Shown here: piece after piece, positions 51,966-64,000 of the stretch | Position numbering within the stretch: position 1 is the stretch's first letter | Layout: every line of letters begins with the position of its first letter | NCBI GenBank assembly: GCA_050084515.1 | Contig: CM114271.1 | Coordinates: 2,046,001 to 2,110,000, forward strand | Reading direction: 5' to 3' | Length of the DNA stretch: 64,000 nucleotides | DNA from: Blasia pusilla | Lineage: Eukaryota | Made by a program: the position numbers and the translations under genes | The notes under the pieces: model-generated | Databases searched by the model: none | What the model was told of the DNA's origin: nothing | What the model saw: only the letters and a program-made list of their open reading frames with translations

Positions 51966-52548
51966 TGTCGTGCAAATCCACATCGTCATACAACATACAT
52001 CGCTGACATACCAGACTCACATACATACATAACATAGAGGAGAGCATACACAAACACAAGTGTACCACAACTGAAATCCGTGAAAGATTCTATACGTGTG
52101 TAAAACACGTATAGAATCACATACAATCGAGCCAAACCCACTCCACGATGGGAGAATCCAGGTCGAAGCTTTCGAAAACCACCATAGCCAAGAGCTCTAC
52201 TCACTACCAAGGCTAACTCCCAACGCAACATGATCAACTCAAAGAACTAATTGTTCTTTGAGTACACTCCACACTATACCTTCCAACCTAAGGGCGGGCC
52301 CTACTGGAAAAGTCACCCTCAACGGAGTAACCCCCAACCCTATGTATGAAACCACATCCCTACCTAGACACTACTGCACTATATAAGGTATGGCCTCTAC
52401 TAGAACACTATACTCTACGACATAATCCGTATGGTCATGATAGTTGTCATGCGAATCCACATCGTTATTCAACATACATCGCTGACATACCACACTCACA
52501 TACATACATAACATAGACGAGAGCATACACAAACACAAGTGTACCACA
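51966..52548 (-). repeat. 3' LTR of gypsy E, with ~105-bp direct repeats at both ends
   Basis: Minus strand TGTGGTAC...CACGACA; 51966-52072 is repeated at 52445-52551. Confidence 0.8.
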
Positions 52549-52723
52549 ACTCGCCCCCCTAATTGGCAGTTAGGTCCCTCTAACTCCTAGGTAGCCCTAT
52601 ACATCTACTACATGCTATACACCTTCGTGGGTGCACGAATCAGAAGGTCAGGTGCGAGGTTGCCCCATCGTTAGTCGCACATCTATAATCCATATCATGC
52701 AAAGATCAAGTCATCTATCCCTC

Positions 52724-52870
52724 CTAAGTACATTGAGGACAAATCCACCTTCCAGTAGGAACAACATCCATACGTGGAGTCAAACACATCATGTGCCAAC
52801 CCCTAGAACACCGATCACACACCAACATACGCGTTGCGTTACCAGCAGACCCACACAACATGCACCTCAA
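52724..52870 (-). pseudogene. PHD finger at the C-terminus of gypsy E integrase
   Basis: CMLC..MLVCDRCSRGWHMMCLTP..VPTGRWICPQC (C4HC3 with the conserved W). Confidence 0.93.
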
Positions 52871-55800
52871 GCTAGCACGTATCATAGCTAAGCTTGGGTC
52901 AACAGTACCACCACATTTGGAAGATGACATGGCGTAAAATTACGTACATGGTCCTTCCAAACAACTCCGTCACGACCCTCCAACATGAGAACTCCAGAAG
53001 CTAACACCTCTCGTACTCGTAAAATAGTGCGGCATGCCATCACATCCAACGTTGTCGGTGCAATCTGCTGCAAATAGACATAGTCCCCCACATGGAACCT
53101 ACAAATCGATGGTCGATAACCTCCACCCCGAATGGTTGCATACTGCAACGTATCCATGTGTTGAGCAATGGCAAGATTCTCAAAGGCTGTTGGCATAACT
53201 CTCCAAAAGAGCTCTGCCCGTTGAGAACACACTCTCATCCACATCACTGGGTCATCAAGGTTCACCACTTCACTAGACTCCCGACGAATTGCTGTTGGCA
53301 AGTCTGGATCTCGGCCGTTTAACAGAAAATAAGGTGAGAAGGAAGCCAAGGATGCTTGGCGACTGAACCTATACCCCATGGCTAACCATGAAAACTGAAT
53401 ATCCCTGTCTCCAAGATGCCCCTTCTGTAGGCCATACTTGCACAATTCCCTCTTCACCAACTGAACCACACGCTCAGCCAAACCATCCGCCTCTGGATGA
53501 TCTCAAGACGTGGTCCGATGACCAATCAACGTCTTGTCACACAAGACCTGAAACTCACCTTGAAACTCTGTACCCTAGTCCATCAGCACCTCAGTTGGTG
53601 CACCAAAATGACTAAGCAGTCTATCAAGAAACGCATACGTCGTTCCCTCACTTGCCTTGTCAGGTAATGTCACCAACTCAATCCACTTGGAGAAGTGCTC
53701 CACCATCACCAACACATATCGATGATGTTGTATAGTCAACGATAACGGTCCCGCAAAGTCCACACTCCAACGTTAACCCAACCCCATAATAGGTAAGGGG
53801 TGTAACTATGGTGTAGGGGCATTGAATAATGCCCTCACACGGTCACAAACCATATAATGTGACACCAAATTCTGCACCTAAGTATGCATGCCACGCCACC
53901 AATATTGACCAAGGAGTAAACTATATGTACGCTTTACCCCAAAATGTCCCAACTCCTCATGGGTATTTTGCACAATGCGCTCTCTCTGAGCCAAATACGG
54001 CACCACTCGTACTCTACCATCCTCCCACACACGGAGAATATGTGTTCCCTCCAATCGATACCTCCTAGCACGTTGAAGAACACGGTCTCGCTCCTTGGCA
54101 CTCACTATGCCTAGCACCCTACTGGTCCGTAGGAACTCCAACACCAACGCATCATCATGAATATCACGCTGATCCGTACCACTATCTCCAACCTCAGGAT
54201 CTAAAGGTTGGCCATCTACCCTCTGACTAGAGTAAGATGTCATGTGGTGCTCCATACTAGAGTCCACCCCTAACCAACATAAAAAGGCACATGCATGCCA
54301 ACCTGGCACCATCTCCTCATCAACCTCGCCATGCCATCTAGCCCCAGTTGCATCCTCTTGGCTAATACATGGGTTCCTACTCAACCCATCAGCATCAAGG
54401 TTGGCAATTCCAGGTCTATGTACCACCTAGAAGTCATACTCTTGTAAGATAAGAGCCCATCGTGCAAGCTTCCATGTAAGCTTGTCAGACTCCATCAACC
54501 ACTTGAGCGGCGGGTGATCAGTAACAAGGGTAGACTGTGTGCCAAAAAAGTAACACCTAAAGTGTGCCACAACCCACACTACTGCCAAGCACTCTCCCTC
54601 ATATGAACTATAGCGCAACTCCGCTGCATTATTCGAACGACTTGCATAGGCCACCACAAACTCCATGTGCTCATCATCATGTTGTTTCAACACCGCTCTA
54701 AGTCCCAACATACTCCAATCAGTGTGCAACTGAAATGGGCGCCCTCTGATAGGTCTCCTCAAGATAGCCGCGGCCACCAACTGGGCCTTGAGCTCCACAA
54801 AAGCTCTCTCTTGATCATCTCCCTAATGCCACTCCTGATCTGATTTCAGCAATTGGTTCAAAGACTTTGCCATAGCACTAAATCCCTTCACATACCTCCG
54901 ATAGTAGTTCGCCAATCCCATGAATGCCCGACCTCTACTCACATCTACCGAACGAGGAATAAGTGCAATAGCCTCCACTTTTTCTTGCTGAACTCCCAAA
55001 CCACTTGGATAGATCACATGACCCAAGTACTCAACATCCTCATGGAAGAACGTACACTTTCTTGGATGCAAACGTAGACCATGAGCTTTCAACCAATCAA
55101 ACACAATCTGCAAATGTATCTGATGCTCCTCCATCGTGTTACTGAATACCAAGATATCATTAATGTAACACCGAACAAAATCCAACCCTGCTCGGATCTT
55201 GTCCATCACTCTCTGAAACTCGGCAGGTGCATTCTTCAACCCAAAGGGTAAGAATTTCCACTGGTACAAACAATCCTTGCCATGAGAGTTGACACCCCAA
55301 AATGCTATCTTTGCCTTGTCACTCTCTTGAATCGGCAACTGATGGTATCTTGCTCGAAGATCCAAAGTACTGAAAATCTTTGCCTATCCCACCACATCAA
55401 AGATCTCCTCAGGTGTAGGCATGGCATACCTATCAACCTTGGTTTGTTGATTGATAGGACGGTAATCTCCACACATCCGCCTATCCGTGTAGTTGCCATG
55501 CACATCCTTTTTAGCAGGCATGATAGTGGCTGATGCATACTCTCCATGCGACAACTCCACTAATCCAACCTCCAAAAGGTCCAATGTCCTACTCTCAATC
55601 AGATCCCTCTCCATATCACTATATCGGTAGGGACGACGGAAGATTGGCGTGTCACTAGCCAAATCAATCCGTATACCGGGTCCAACCAAAGCACCCAACT
55701 CCTTCATGCTAAAGGCAAAACAACTCCTATAAGCACGTAGGAATTGTGTCAAGCGTCGTTTCTCACCTTCCATAAGCTTGGGCCCAAGTAATGGCTCCCA

Positions 55801-56084
55801 AGTCTCCTCCACTAGCACACTAGAGGGAGAGGACGACGCCATTGGCTGCTATGCAACCCCCTCACAAGATAGTACACCCTTAGCTACACCATCATCTGAG
55901 CAAATAACTCCTCCACCAGCATAAGCAACCAACTCCACATGCCCAGCCATTACATCCCATTTATTCCAAGGATGCAAAATACTACTCTCCTCGCCCCCAG
56001 CTGATGCCTCTATCGTCTCGGTAGCCATCGAGCTCATCACAAGGGGTGGAAGACCCACAGACATAGTCCGAAGTTGATGCTGCT

Positions 56085-57070
56085 CGGCCATACCAAGACT
56101 CAAAATCCAGGTCAAATAATTCAGGTCCATGGCTTGACCCAACACATGACGTCGTGAAGCTTCAGAAATGGAAGCAACCGTTGTCACACCAGTAGCAAAT
56201 CCCATCACACGCTCTCTCTCATCAGCGTTAGGCTCCACCAACTATCGCACATGAGAATCCCATACAAGCCCAGGACCATCTTCTGTGTAGGCATGTGATG
56301 AGGGAAAACTCACAAATGTGGGTAATGCCATCCTAGGCTGCCCCACACGGTTCACCACTGCCATGGGTGACCGATCAATAACCCTCACCACATGAGAAAG
56401 TCGCCTAGTATCCAAGATACTATCCACTGTAAGGAAAGGATCCCGCTACACTGCATCATATGCTCGACGTAGAACCTCCCTAGGCAACAAGTTTGTCCAC
56501 CACAAGCGTGGACGATGTGCACGCGTCCAACAACACCGCTGGTCCAATCCAAGACCGCACCTCATGAACACTCGCCATCATCCGGGTTCGAGTGTCACCC
56601 AACAATGGAACATTCTCCACAATGTAAGCTAGAGCACGTGCCTGATGAACCTGAAGATGTTGTGTCACACGCAACATCTCCCAAAACAATCGAGATCTAG
56701 GGTCATGTAATCCCTCACTACGACCAGCACGTGTATGAAACTAATATGGCCATCCAACAATCACCAAATCTACAGGACCAACCCTCTCAAGGTCTTGCGC
56801 TCCCAACAATGCAATGTGTGACGGCAAAGCACGTTGGTACCCACGATTAGCTTATGGCGGCAACAACTCAGGATATCTCCACATCAACTGACCAATATGT
56901 TGGGATGAGACTCTCTGGGCCGTCTCATCTCGCTCCACATACCCGTATCTCCGCACAAGAATACCGGCCTGCAACACTGTAGCCAAACCAGTGCTAATCC
57001 CACCAAAGAGATCTAACACACATATGCCCTCCGGCGGATACAACCATACAATGGGTGTAGTATCCAAAGG
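56085..57070 (-). pseudogene. DNMT3-like C5 methyltransferase domain in gypsy E
   Basis: VLDLFGGISTGL, YVERD, DLVIVGWPY* (catalytic C lost), YIVENV, ERERVMGF, RRHVLGQAMD. Confidence 0.85.
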
Positions 57071-59505
57071 GGATAATCCAAGTGGACCAGAAGTAGGAGT
57101 CCACCATGGAGCCTCCTCTTCCTTGTAAGGTATAATAGCCTCACACCAAGCCTCCTGCACTAGGCGATCAGCCTCCTGCCGTAGTGCACACCATGAACTC
57201 CAAAGTGGCACATCCAACGATGAGGATACCATTGCTGCAAAACTAGGGACCTCGTCTACCTCCTCATGCACAGGATCCATAGCACAAAGGTTACCCTCCA
57301 AAAAGTCTCCTGGCCAAGTGACTACTCCACTACAACTAGCCACAAATGCTAACACTATTGGGGAAGACCCTCTTGGTCTAGCCCCATAAATAAATTTCAC
57401 AGGAACCTGGCTCATACGTCCATCCCCGGACTGCCAACCAGGTCTATAAGATGCTGTCTCAGTCTAGTACTCCATCTGAAAACCCATCGGGTACAATACT
57501 GCTCCTCCAATTAGTACATCATACGACTCGGCCGATGTGACCACTGCAAGTACTCCCAACCTAGAGCTATCAGTTGCATTATATGGTCTCAACTGTATAG
57601 ACAACTTCCCCCGTGTCATGAAATGAGACCTATCATTGGCTCCTCCAAGTGATGTCTGAATCTGGAATGGGCAAGGCTCAAGCTCTGACCTCTGAATACC
57701 CAAACCAATACATGTTGCCTTTCCCAACATCAAAGGTTGGGCACCAGAGTCTAACAAGACTCTATCTGGTCTATACACCTGTCTTGTAGGACTCACCAAT
57801 AGGAATATCCCACTCCGGTTGTCCAACATACAAACACCAAGTGTAAGCCTCTCATGATCAATAGTTGGCCGGGCTGGTAACGCATCCATCTTCGTCGCTG
57901 TTGCTTGCCAAGTAGCACTGGTACTCAATGCTACACTTGACATAGAGGGTTGCTCCACCGCAACATTCTCATCCACCTTAGCACTTGTAGCAATAACACT
58001 CTCATGTTCACACAACGTTGCTGCTAGTTGAAATACAGAAGCTAAGTCAACTCCTAAGGCCATCAACTTAGTGGTTGAAAACAATGGGGATTCCAACATT
58101 GAAGTTGCCATCCGCAATACTACACTGGATGTTGCATCTGTGTCTACTACACGCGATGTAGATGCCTCAATCCCCACTGTAGGCTCAATAGGGTGCGTAG
58201 GAACCATGGATGGAGTCCTAAGCACTTCAGACAACAAGAATGACTGGGGGAGCCTAGCCTGCCTCCCAACCTCACCCCTCTGTGGGCCCAACTCCACAGT
58301 AGCACCACGTGGCTCTAACGCTCGAGTGGCTCCTCTCGTAATTGCAGCTGATGCCTCAACCTGTGCTGCACTCGCCATATAAGAGAGATCATCCCCTCCA
58401 TAAGAGGTGGAAGCCCCTCCTCCCGAACCTGCTCTATGTTGGATACCAACCATAGTAGCCAACCTCTGCTCCAACTGCTCAATCCTAGCAGCCATAGCTG
58501 ACTCTATCGTAGTGGTAGGGGCAACCACTGTAGGCTCTCCAACCGATGGTCCACCTCTACCACCCCTACCACTTCTACAACCTTGGCCTCTCGGAGCTAC
58601 TCCACCACGGCCACAGCCTGATCTCAACTCTGGATGAAGATCAAAGCAACGCTCTCGAGGATGACCTAGTCTCCCACAATGATCACACTGAGTTGGAGAT
58701 GACTGAGGTCCATCCTCCAAAGTCCGTCTCCCATCCTCTTGGGGACAAAACCTCCTAACATGATCACCTCCACATGTCCAACATGACTGTCCTTGCTACG
58801 GGGCAGCAAATGAAGGCAATGGTCTCTACGCAAGCATCCCTCTAGGACCTAACTGAGGTCGTGTGGACCCCCCACGACTCCCACTACTACTACCACCACC
58901 ACTACTATAAGATTGTGAGGTGGATTGCTGAACACGAGAAGTAGTAGTTGTATCCCTACTGAATGTGGATGTCACCACCCTCTCCTCCACCATGTTAAGC
59001 TCAATCTTCTTAGATAGAGCAAACACATGGGCCAATGTGGATGAATCATCACTCATAAGAGTAGCATCACGTACCCTACGGCGTAACTCTCTGTCCAAGA
59101 TCCCATACCAAAATTGGACTGCCTAAGCCTCAGTCACACCCTAGGTCACTGAAATCAAGCGTCGCATACGAGTGTATGCCTCACGAAGACTCTCATCAGT
59201 CTTTCGCTCAAATTCCTGAAGACTCCTCAACTTCTCTGTCTTCACCCCCTGATAGTTCTTCTTCAACCTTTTGAAGAACTCTACAACCAGGCTGAATGAT
59301 GGTGGGGCACTAGTACCCCCACTAGAACCTCCATGGGTACCTCCACTGGTACCCCCACTCCAGCTCGTACTCGCACCACTCAACCTTGGGGTGGCTGACA
59401 AAGTAAGAGCAATACTCCCAATACCACCATGGATGATAGACACATAGTCCGGAGACCAATATTGTCTCCACGCCTCAATCTCAGCAGCATGGTCCCTCCT
59501 AAACT

Positions 59506-62500
59506 GAGGTGCGGTAAGAGAAGAGGAAGAGAGGAAGAGAGGAGAGAGGAGAGAGGAGAGAGCAAACTACCTTCAACCGAAAGAGATACTTTTTTTTAAG
59601 AGAGTTTCCTGTGATTTGAAGAAAGTTTCTGTTGGGTTGAAGAAAGGAACTTTTTGTGTAAATTTGTTTGCACTTTTCTGCTCAGTTCTTAAGCACTCCC
59701 ACAGTTTTTTTTTCCTCTTCCACATTTTGGCAACCCCTCTGAGTCCGACGAGTTGCAAATTGCACAAAGTTTAGAAAACTGAAAAATCAGTGGAATCATA
59801 AGTGTGGAACCAATCAATTTTTCCATCCAAGGTCTGGAAAAATCTATCATATGCCCTCGGCTAAATAGAGTTCAAGCTCAAAGTGAAGGTTCTGGAAAAA
59901 TGAAAGTACAGTCTAAAACCTCATTTTGCATCCTCAAAGTGGTTTGTTTAAAATACTTCGCACTTCTTTGAGGGACAGAATTGGTTGGTGGATTCCTACT
60001 CCTACCTCCGACTCTCTTAAAACTACAAGCAACACATAGTACATGTACTTACAAGGGAAATACCTTTTGCCACTTGTCTCTCTTTGGACAAAGTCATCAC
60101 ATGAACATGTGGGAAAGCAACAGATGTGCACCACATACACCCCTATGACACTTGAATTTACAGTGTTGTTCCTAACCCAATACATCCTTCCTATTCCATT
60201 GCCACTGTGGACATCTTTTGTGGCGATGATCTCCATTTTTGCCTCTCGAGCTGATGCAATTCGCTTTGCTCTCTCCACCGTTGGCCTACATATTTTGTTT
60301 CTCTTCACCCCATTTCTAGACTCAAACAGAAATAGTGGATTGAGATCATCCACCTTCTCCGGGTACATGTTGACGTCAATCTTGGGTTGAATACGAAATG
60401 CGAAGGTCTCTGAAATGCGAATATGCTCTAAACTTCCTCCATCTATGAGTCTGAAACCGACACTTGTAAGATTGGCCACTTCATCTTGAGTGCAATTCGT
60501 ACCTGCGACGATGGGCCAAATTGTGGGGGTATTCCCCCAAGCTCCAATGGCAGCCGGATAAGACTTGCGGAAAGCGCAAGATTCATTTGGGCAAAAGAAG
60601 TACTTCAATTGATCCCCGGTCCTCGTGAAACGATCAAAGGTTTTGAGTCCCCAAAACCCACGCAGTGGTTGTCCAGTCCTTGTATAGTTCTTATTTAGGA
60701 AAGTGCCGCATGCTCTCCTAATGCCATCAGATCCTACCCTGCAAGTGGGTCCACGTCCAGGGTTGCTCCAAGATATATGCCACTGTTTCAGGTTGCAATC
60801 CACCTCCATGACCGAAATCCCATACTGTTGAACCACCCCAGCAACCGGATGTTGCGAACTTCCAGCAACATAGGGCTTTTGAAATAAAACATTCGCTGAT
60901 TTTGGAGAAGTTACTCCATCACGGATTTGGGAGCAATCCGGGGTCCCCAAATACCTAGGCGGCGTAATTTCCTCATCCAGATCAATCACCCGATTCGTTC
61001 CTCGATGCTGCCTCTTCACCTGCCTGAAGTCAAGATACTTATCTGGTCTCCACAAGTCTCGCTCGGACTGCTCTACCACCATCTGTATGGGACGTCTTGA
61101 AACGCGCCTAGGAATATCCCCACCAATGTGTACGTCTTGCTCGAGGGGAGTTCCTGCTACGCATCGATTGAAGGCTTCCACAAAGAGTTTCTCATCACCC
61201 AATCTCACAACCGTCCTGACATAGAGCTCGTAGATCGAAGGCCCCCTTCGTTTTGTTATGCCTTTTGTGAGGAAGATATGGGATGCTTTAGATTGTAGCA
61301 TTGCTCTTGCTTGGTCTTGTTGGCATGCCTCCACAAGTGAAATTCTTTGGCATACTTGTGACGACCTCCACGAGGAATGAACACTTTTTGCTCCACTTGT
61401 CTTGGGGCAGAGGGCATTTTCATGAATGTTCAATCCCTCCAACAACGACACTGTGAGAAGGGAACCAAAATAGCTCCATGAGCAAAGAAAAAAGCTACTT
61501 GTCGAAACGCGATGGGTTGCAAGTCAAAGGCATCCCATGAATGACTCTGTAACCCATTGGTTTCCGACGTGTTGCAACACCCAAGAACCACCTACTGCAA
61601 CCGGTCGGATTTCGACGGGTTGCAAGTAAATTTGGCCATGCGACTTGCAACCCATCCTTTTTCGACTGGTTGCACTCTCAAGCAACCCGTCAACTCGTCT
61701 GATTCCGACGGATTGCAAGTAAATTTGGCCGTGCGACTTGCAACCCGTCGGGTTCCAACTTGTTGTACACTCAGGAAACCCGTCGGTAAGCGACGGGTTG
61801 AACACTCAAGGAGGCAACATGTCGCATCCGACAAGTTTCTTGGTTTCTTCGGTTTGAAATCCCTATAGTGCCCACGCTTCTCACCTTTAGCTGCAACTCT
61901 TCAAACAATTTTCAGCGAGACAAATTAGTGAACTCACCTCCCGCATGAAGTTTCCCCATTGTCTCATTCTTACAGTCCACCAACTCAACCAAGAGCATAA
62001 CTCTTTGTACTTCCCCTCAATCGCATGTTTCCTCCACCACCCATGAATTTCTTCTTGGCATTCCATGGCCTCTTTCAAGGTTTTGCTATCCTTGCAGCGT
62101 TGGAGTAGAGTGACATGCTCTGTCCTCTTATTCTCCTTGATGCAAGATTTGCTGTAGTGGGTCATAGATTGTTGACAATGGAAAGCATCCAACCTTTCTC
62201 TCTTCGGTTGAACCTCCCCACCCCAAAACACTTCCCTGATAGCAATCCACCCAGGTTGTGCATTGTCCGCCATGAACCCATAAATTTCCGGAGGTGGCCT
62301 TTTTTTTTCCTTCACCACCTCCAATAAGAGTAACCAACACATCTTCAAACTGCCAACGTCTTCTGCTTTTACTTCACAGAAAAATATAGTTTTGAGTCCC
62401 TTCTCCACATAGTCATAAACCTGAGCACCCATTGTCAACCATCCGTTCAGCACTCTGTAGCAAATATCAAAGCTTACCCAGCTCCCGTAAAGATCTTCCC

Positions 62501-64000
62501 CTTCCCTCATTCGATCTATAAGATCGAGGCCACTCGACGGACCTGTCATTGACATTTTGAAGTCATAGGCCGTGGATCCTTCGCCTCCCTGGCCCATGAA
62601 CTGCCATCTCTAAATGAATGGAAATCTGGAGTTTGCCCTGATTATTGCAATGGCATCCATTCCGGCCCTCTTTCCATCTAGTACCTGTATTTGACTCAGC
62701 AAATTCCGGAAGCATTCAGGATCAGCGAGAGATGCGAGATTTTCCCAGAGTTGTTTCTCCTCAACAACCGTGATCTCGCCTTGTCTAGGGATTCCAAGAA
62801 ATTGTTCACAAATTTGTGATGTTGTTGTTAGCTTGATCACTCCAAGCTTTGAACCCGAGAGTTTCTGAAGACCTCGGCCACTTTCTTCGCCACATCCTCC
62901 TTGATGTGTCTCTCAATTGCATCGATCACAGGATGAGTGTGGGAGCCAACATGAACTACTAGCCTTGTGTACTCTGACGTGGAGCCCAAGTCGTGGACAA
63001 TGAAAAATATGTATGCAGGACACGCTCCAACGCAAAAAGGGGATGCTTGACAATTAGGTCATCGATGGCCTCCCGGAGGTATGGTGGCATCAACCTCATA
63101 TGGAGTTTATGCATTCTTGGGGGGGAATTGCGACATATTGACCTGCCCGTTGCACTCTAGATAGGGGCATGCTAGACTTCTACACTCTAAGGCTCCAACA
63201 CATTGGCGGCGGGAGACAATCCAGGACCATCTAGAATTGAAGCACTAGTCCGTTAAAGCCTGCACCATCGATGACAATCAGACTTTCTGTCCATACCCTT
63301 CAAGCGTCCTCCATCTTTCTTTTGAGCAGGAGCAGCAAGTGGAGGCAACTCAAAAATATAATTACCATCGTACGTGGACGGCAACTCGTCGAAAAGAATG
63401 TGCTTGAACATTTTCAAGGCGAGAGACGATAGCAAACTATTGCCTGATACTCGTAAGAGGAATGAGTAGGCGGACAGAGGGCCCGGTTGGTGTCCGACCG
63501 ATCCACTGAGGTTGACAACAGCGGGAATTTCTTCAGGAAGTACAACATTGTAACGAACGTGTGAAGTTGGAGTCAATGTCGGATCTATTGAGCTAGGAGT
63601 TGCAAACGTAGAGCTCGGTGCATTAGGAAATTCTCGACCGTCTACTTGGGAAACTAAGGAATTCAGAGGCAAGCCGTAAACTCTGTATTGACCATTTGCT
63701 AGAGGTAGGAGATTCCATACTTTACGGTCTTCAATCACTGGCTGGATTGTCTCACCTATTATGTCCTCCGTACCATCCACCCTAACATCCTTAGACACAA
63801 AGATGGTTCCAATTGGGAGAAGAAATCGAACTGAGAGAAAATTTTCATCCACTGGTATGAAAGACTCACGAGCTTGCGGTCGAATGATTTTGGATTGAGG
63901 AAGGGCCGCTAGATGACTGCCACAAGTGAGCTTCACATAGTTGTCCATTCCCAAAAGATTCCACTAGGAGGAGACAGAGAATAAGAATGAGGATAAGAGT
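59506..64000. mobile_element. Mutator-like element copy C, left part (runs off the window)
   Basis: Left terminus GAGGTGCGGTAAGAG; colinear with 31034-35260; cleanly interrupts gypsy E gag. Confidence 0.9.
59934..63948 (-). pseudogene. GCM-like/MULE DDE/SWIM transposase, copy C (exons 63948-61938 and 61436-59934)
   Basis: SFDICY, FMADNA, DAFHC, GAKSVH; SWIM-like PTCSCDDF..FPCKYMYYVL; exon 2 open for ~500 codons. Confidence 0.83.

Larger units (their letters stand above)
51966..59505 (-). mobile_element. Ty3/gypsy E: gag-PR-C5 MTase-RT-RH-INT-PHD with 3' LTR; gag interrupted by Mutator-like copy C
   Basis: CDHCGRLGHPRERC; LLDSGA; VLDLFGGI; RMCGDYRP, YINDIL; TDWS; H..H; MDFAGP, AERVV; PHD; PPT 52551-52561; LTR 52548-51966. 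Confidence 0.92.

Overview
Eukaryotic, plant-like heterochromatin (probably a non-seed land plant; inferred from element types). It consists almost entirely of nested, decayed transposable elements, and I see no host genes. Retroelements present: (1) a Ty1/copia element carrying a second complete copia (TSD TTAAC), inserted in the RT of a chromodomain Ty3/gypsy; (2) three Ty3/gypsy copies encoding a DNMT3-like C5-cytosine methyltransferase between protease and RT, one of them also with a C-terminal PHD finger; (3) solo LTRs. (AG)n tracts also occur. The main find is three copies of an unrecognised ~12-13 kb Mutator-like DNA transposon. It has a spliced GCM/WRKY-like Zn finger + MULE DDE + SWIM transposase. 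Divergently, it has a 4-exon gene with a ParB-like motif fused to a beta-class N4C/N6A DNA-methyltransferase-like fold with degenerate motifs. Its introns, intergenic spacer and subterminal DNA hold dozens of one 27-bp palindrome (GCAACCCGTCGG-N3-CCGACGGGTTGC). A split 9-bp TSD, a split LTR and a split element end together indicate a ~12.8 kb inversion (27954-40739). All protein calls are by-eye motif recognition; no searches were run.
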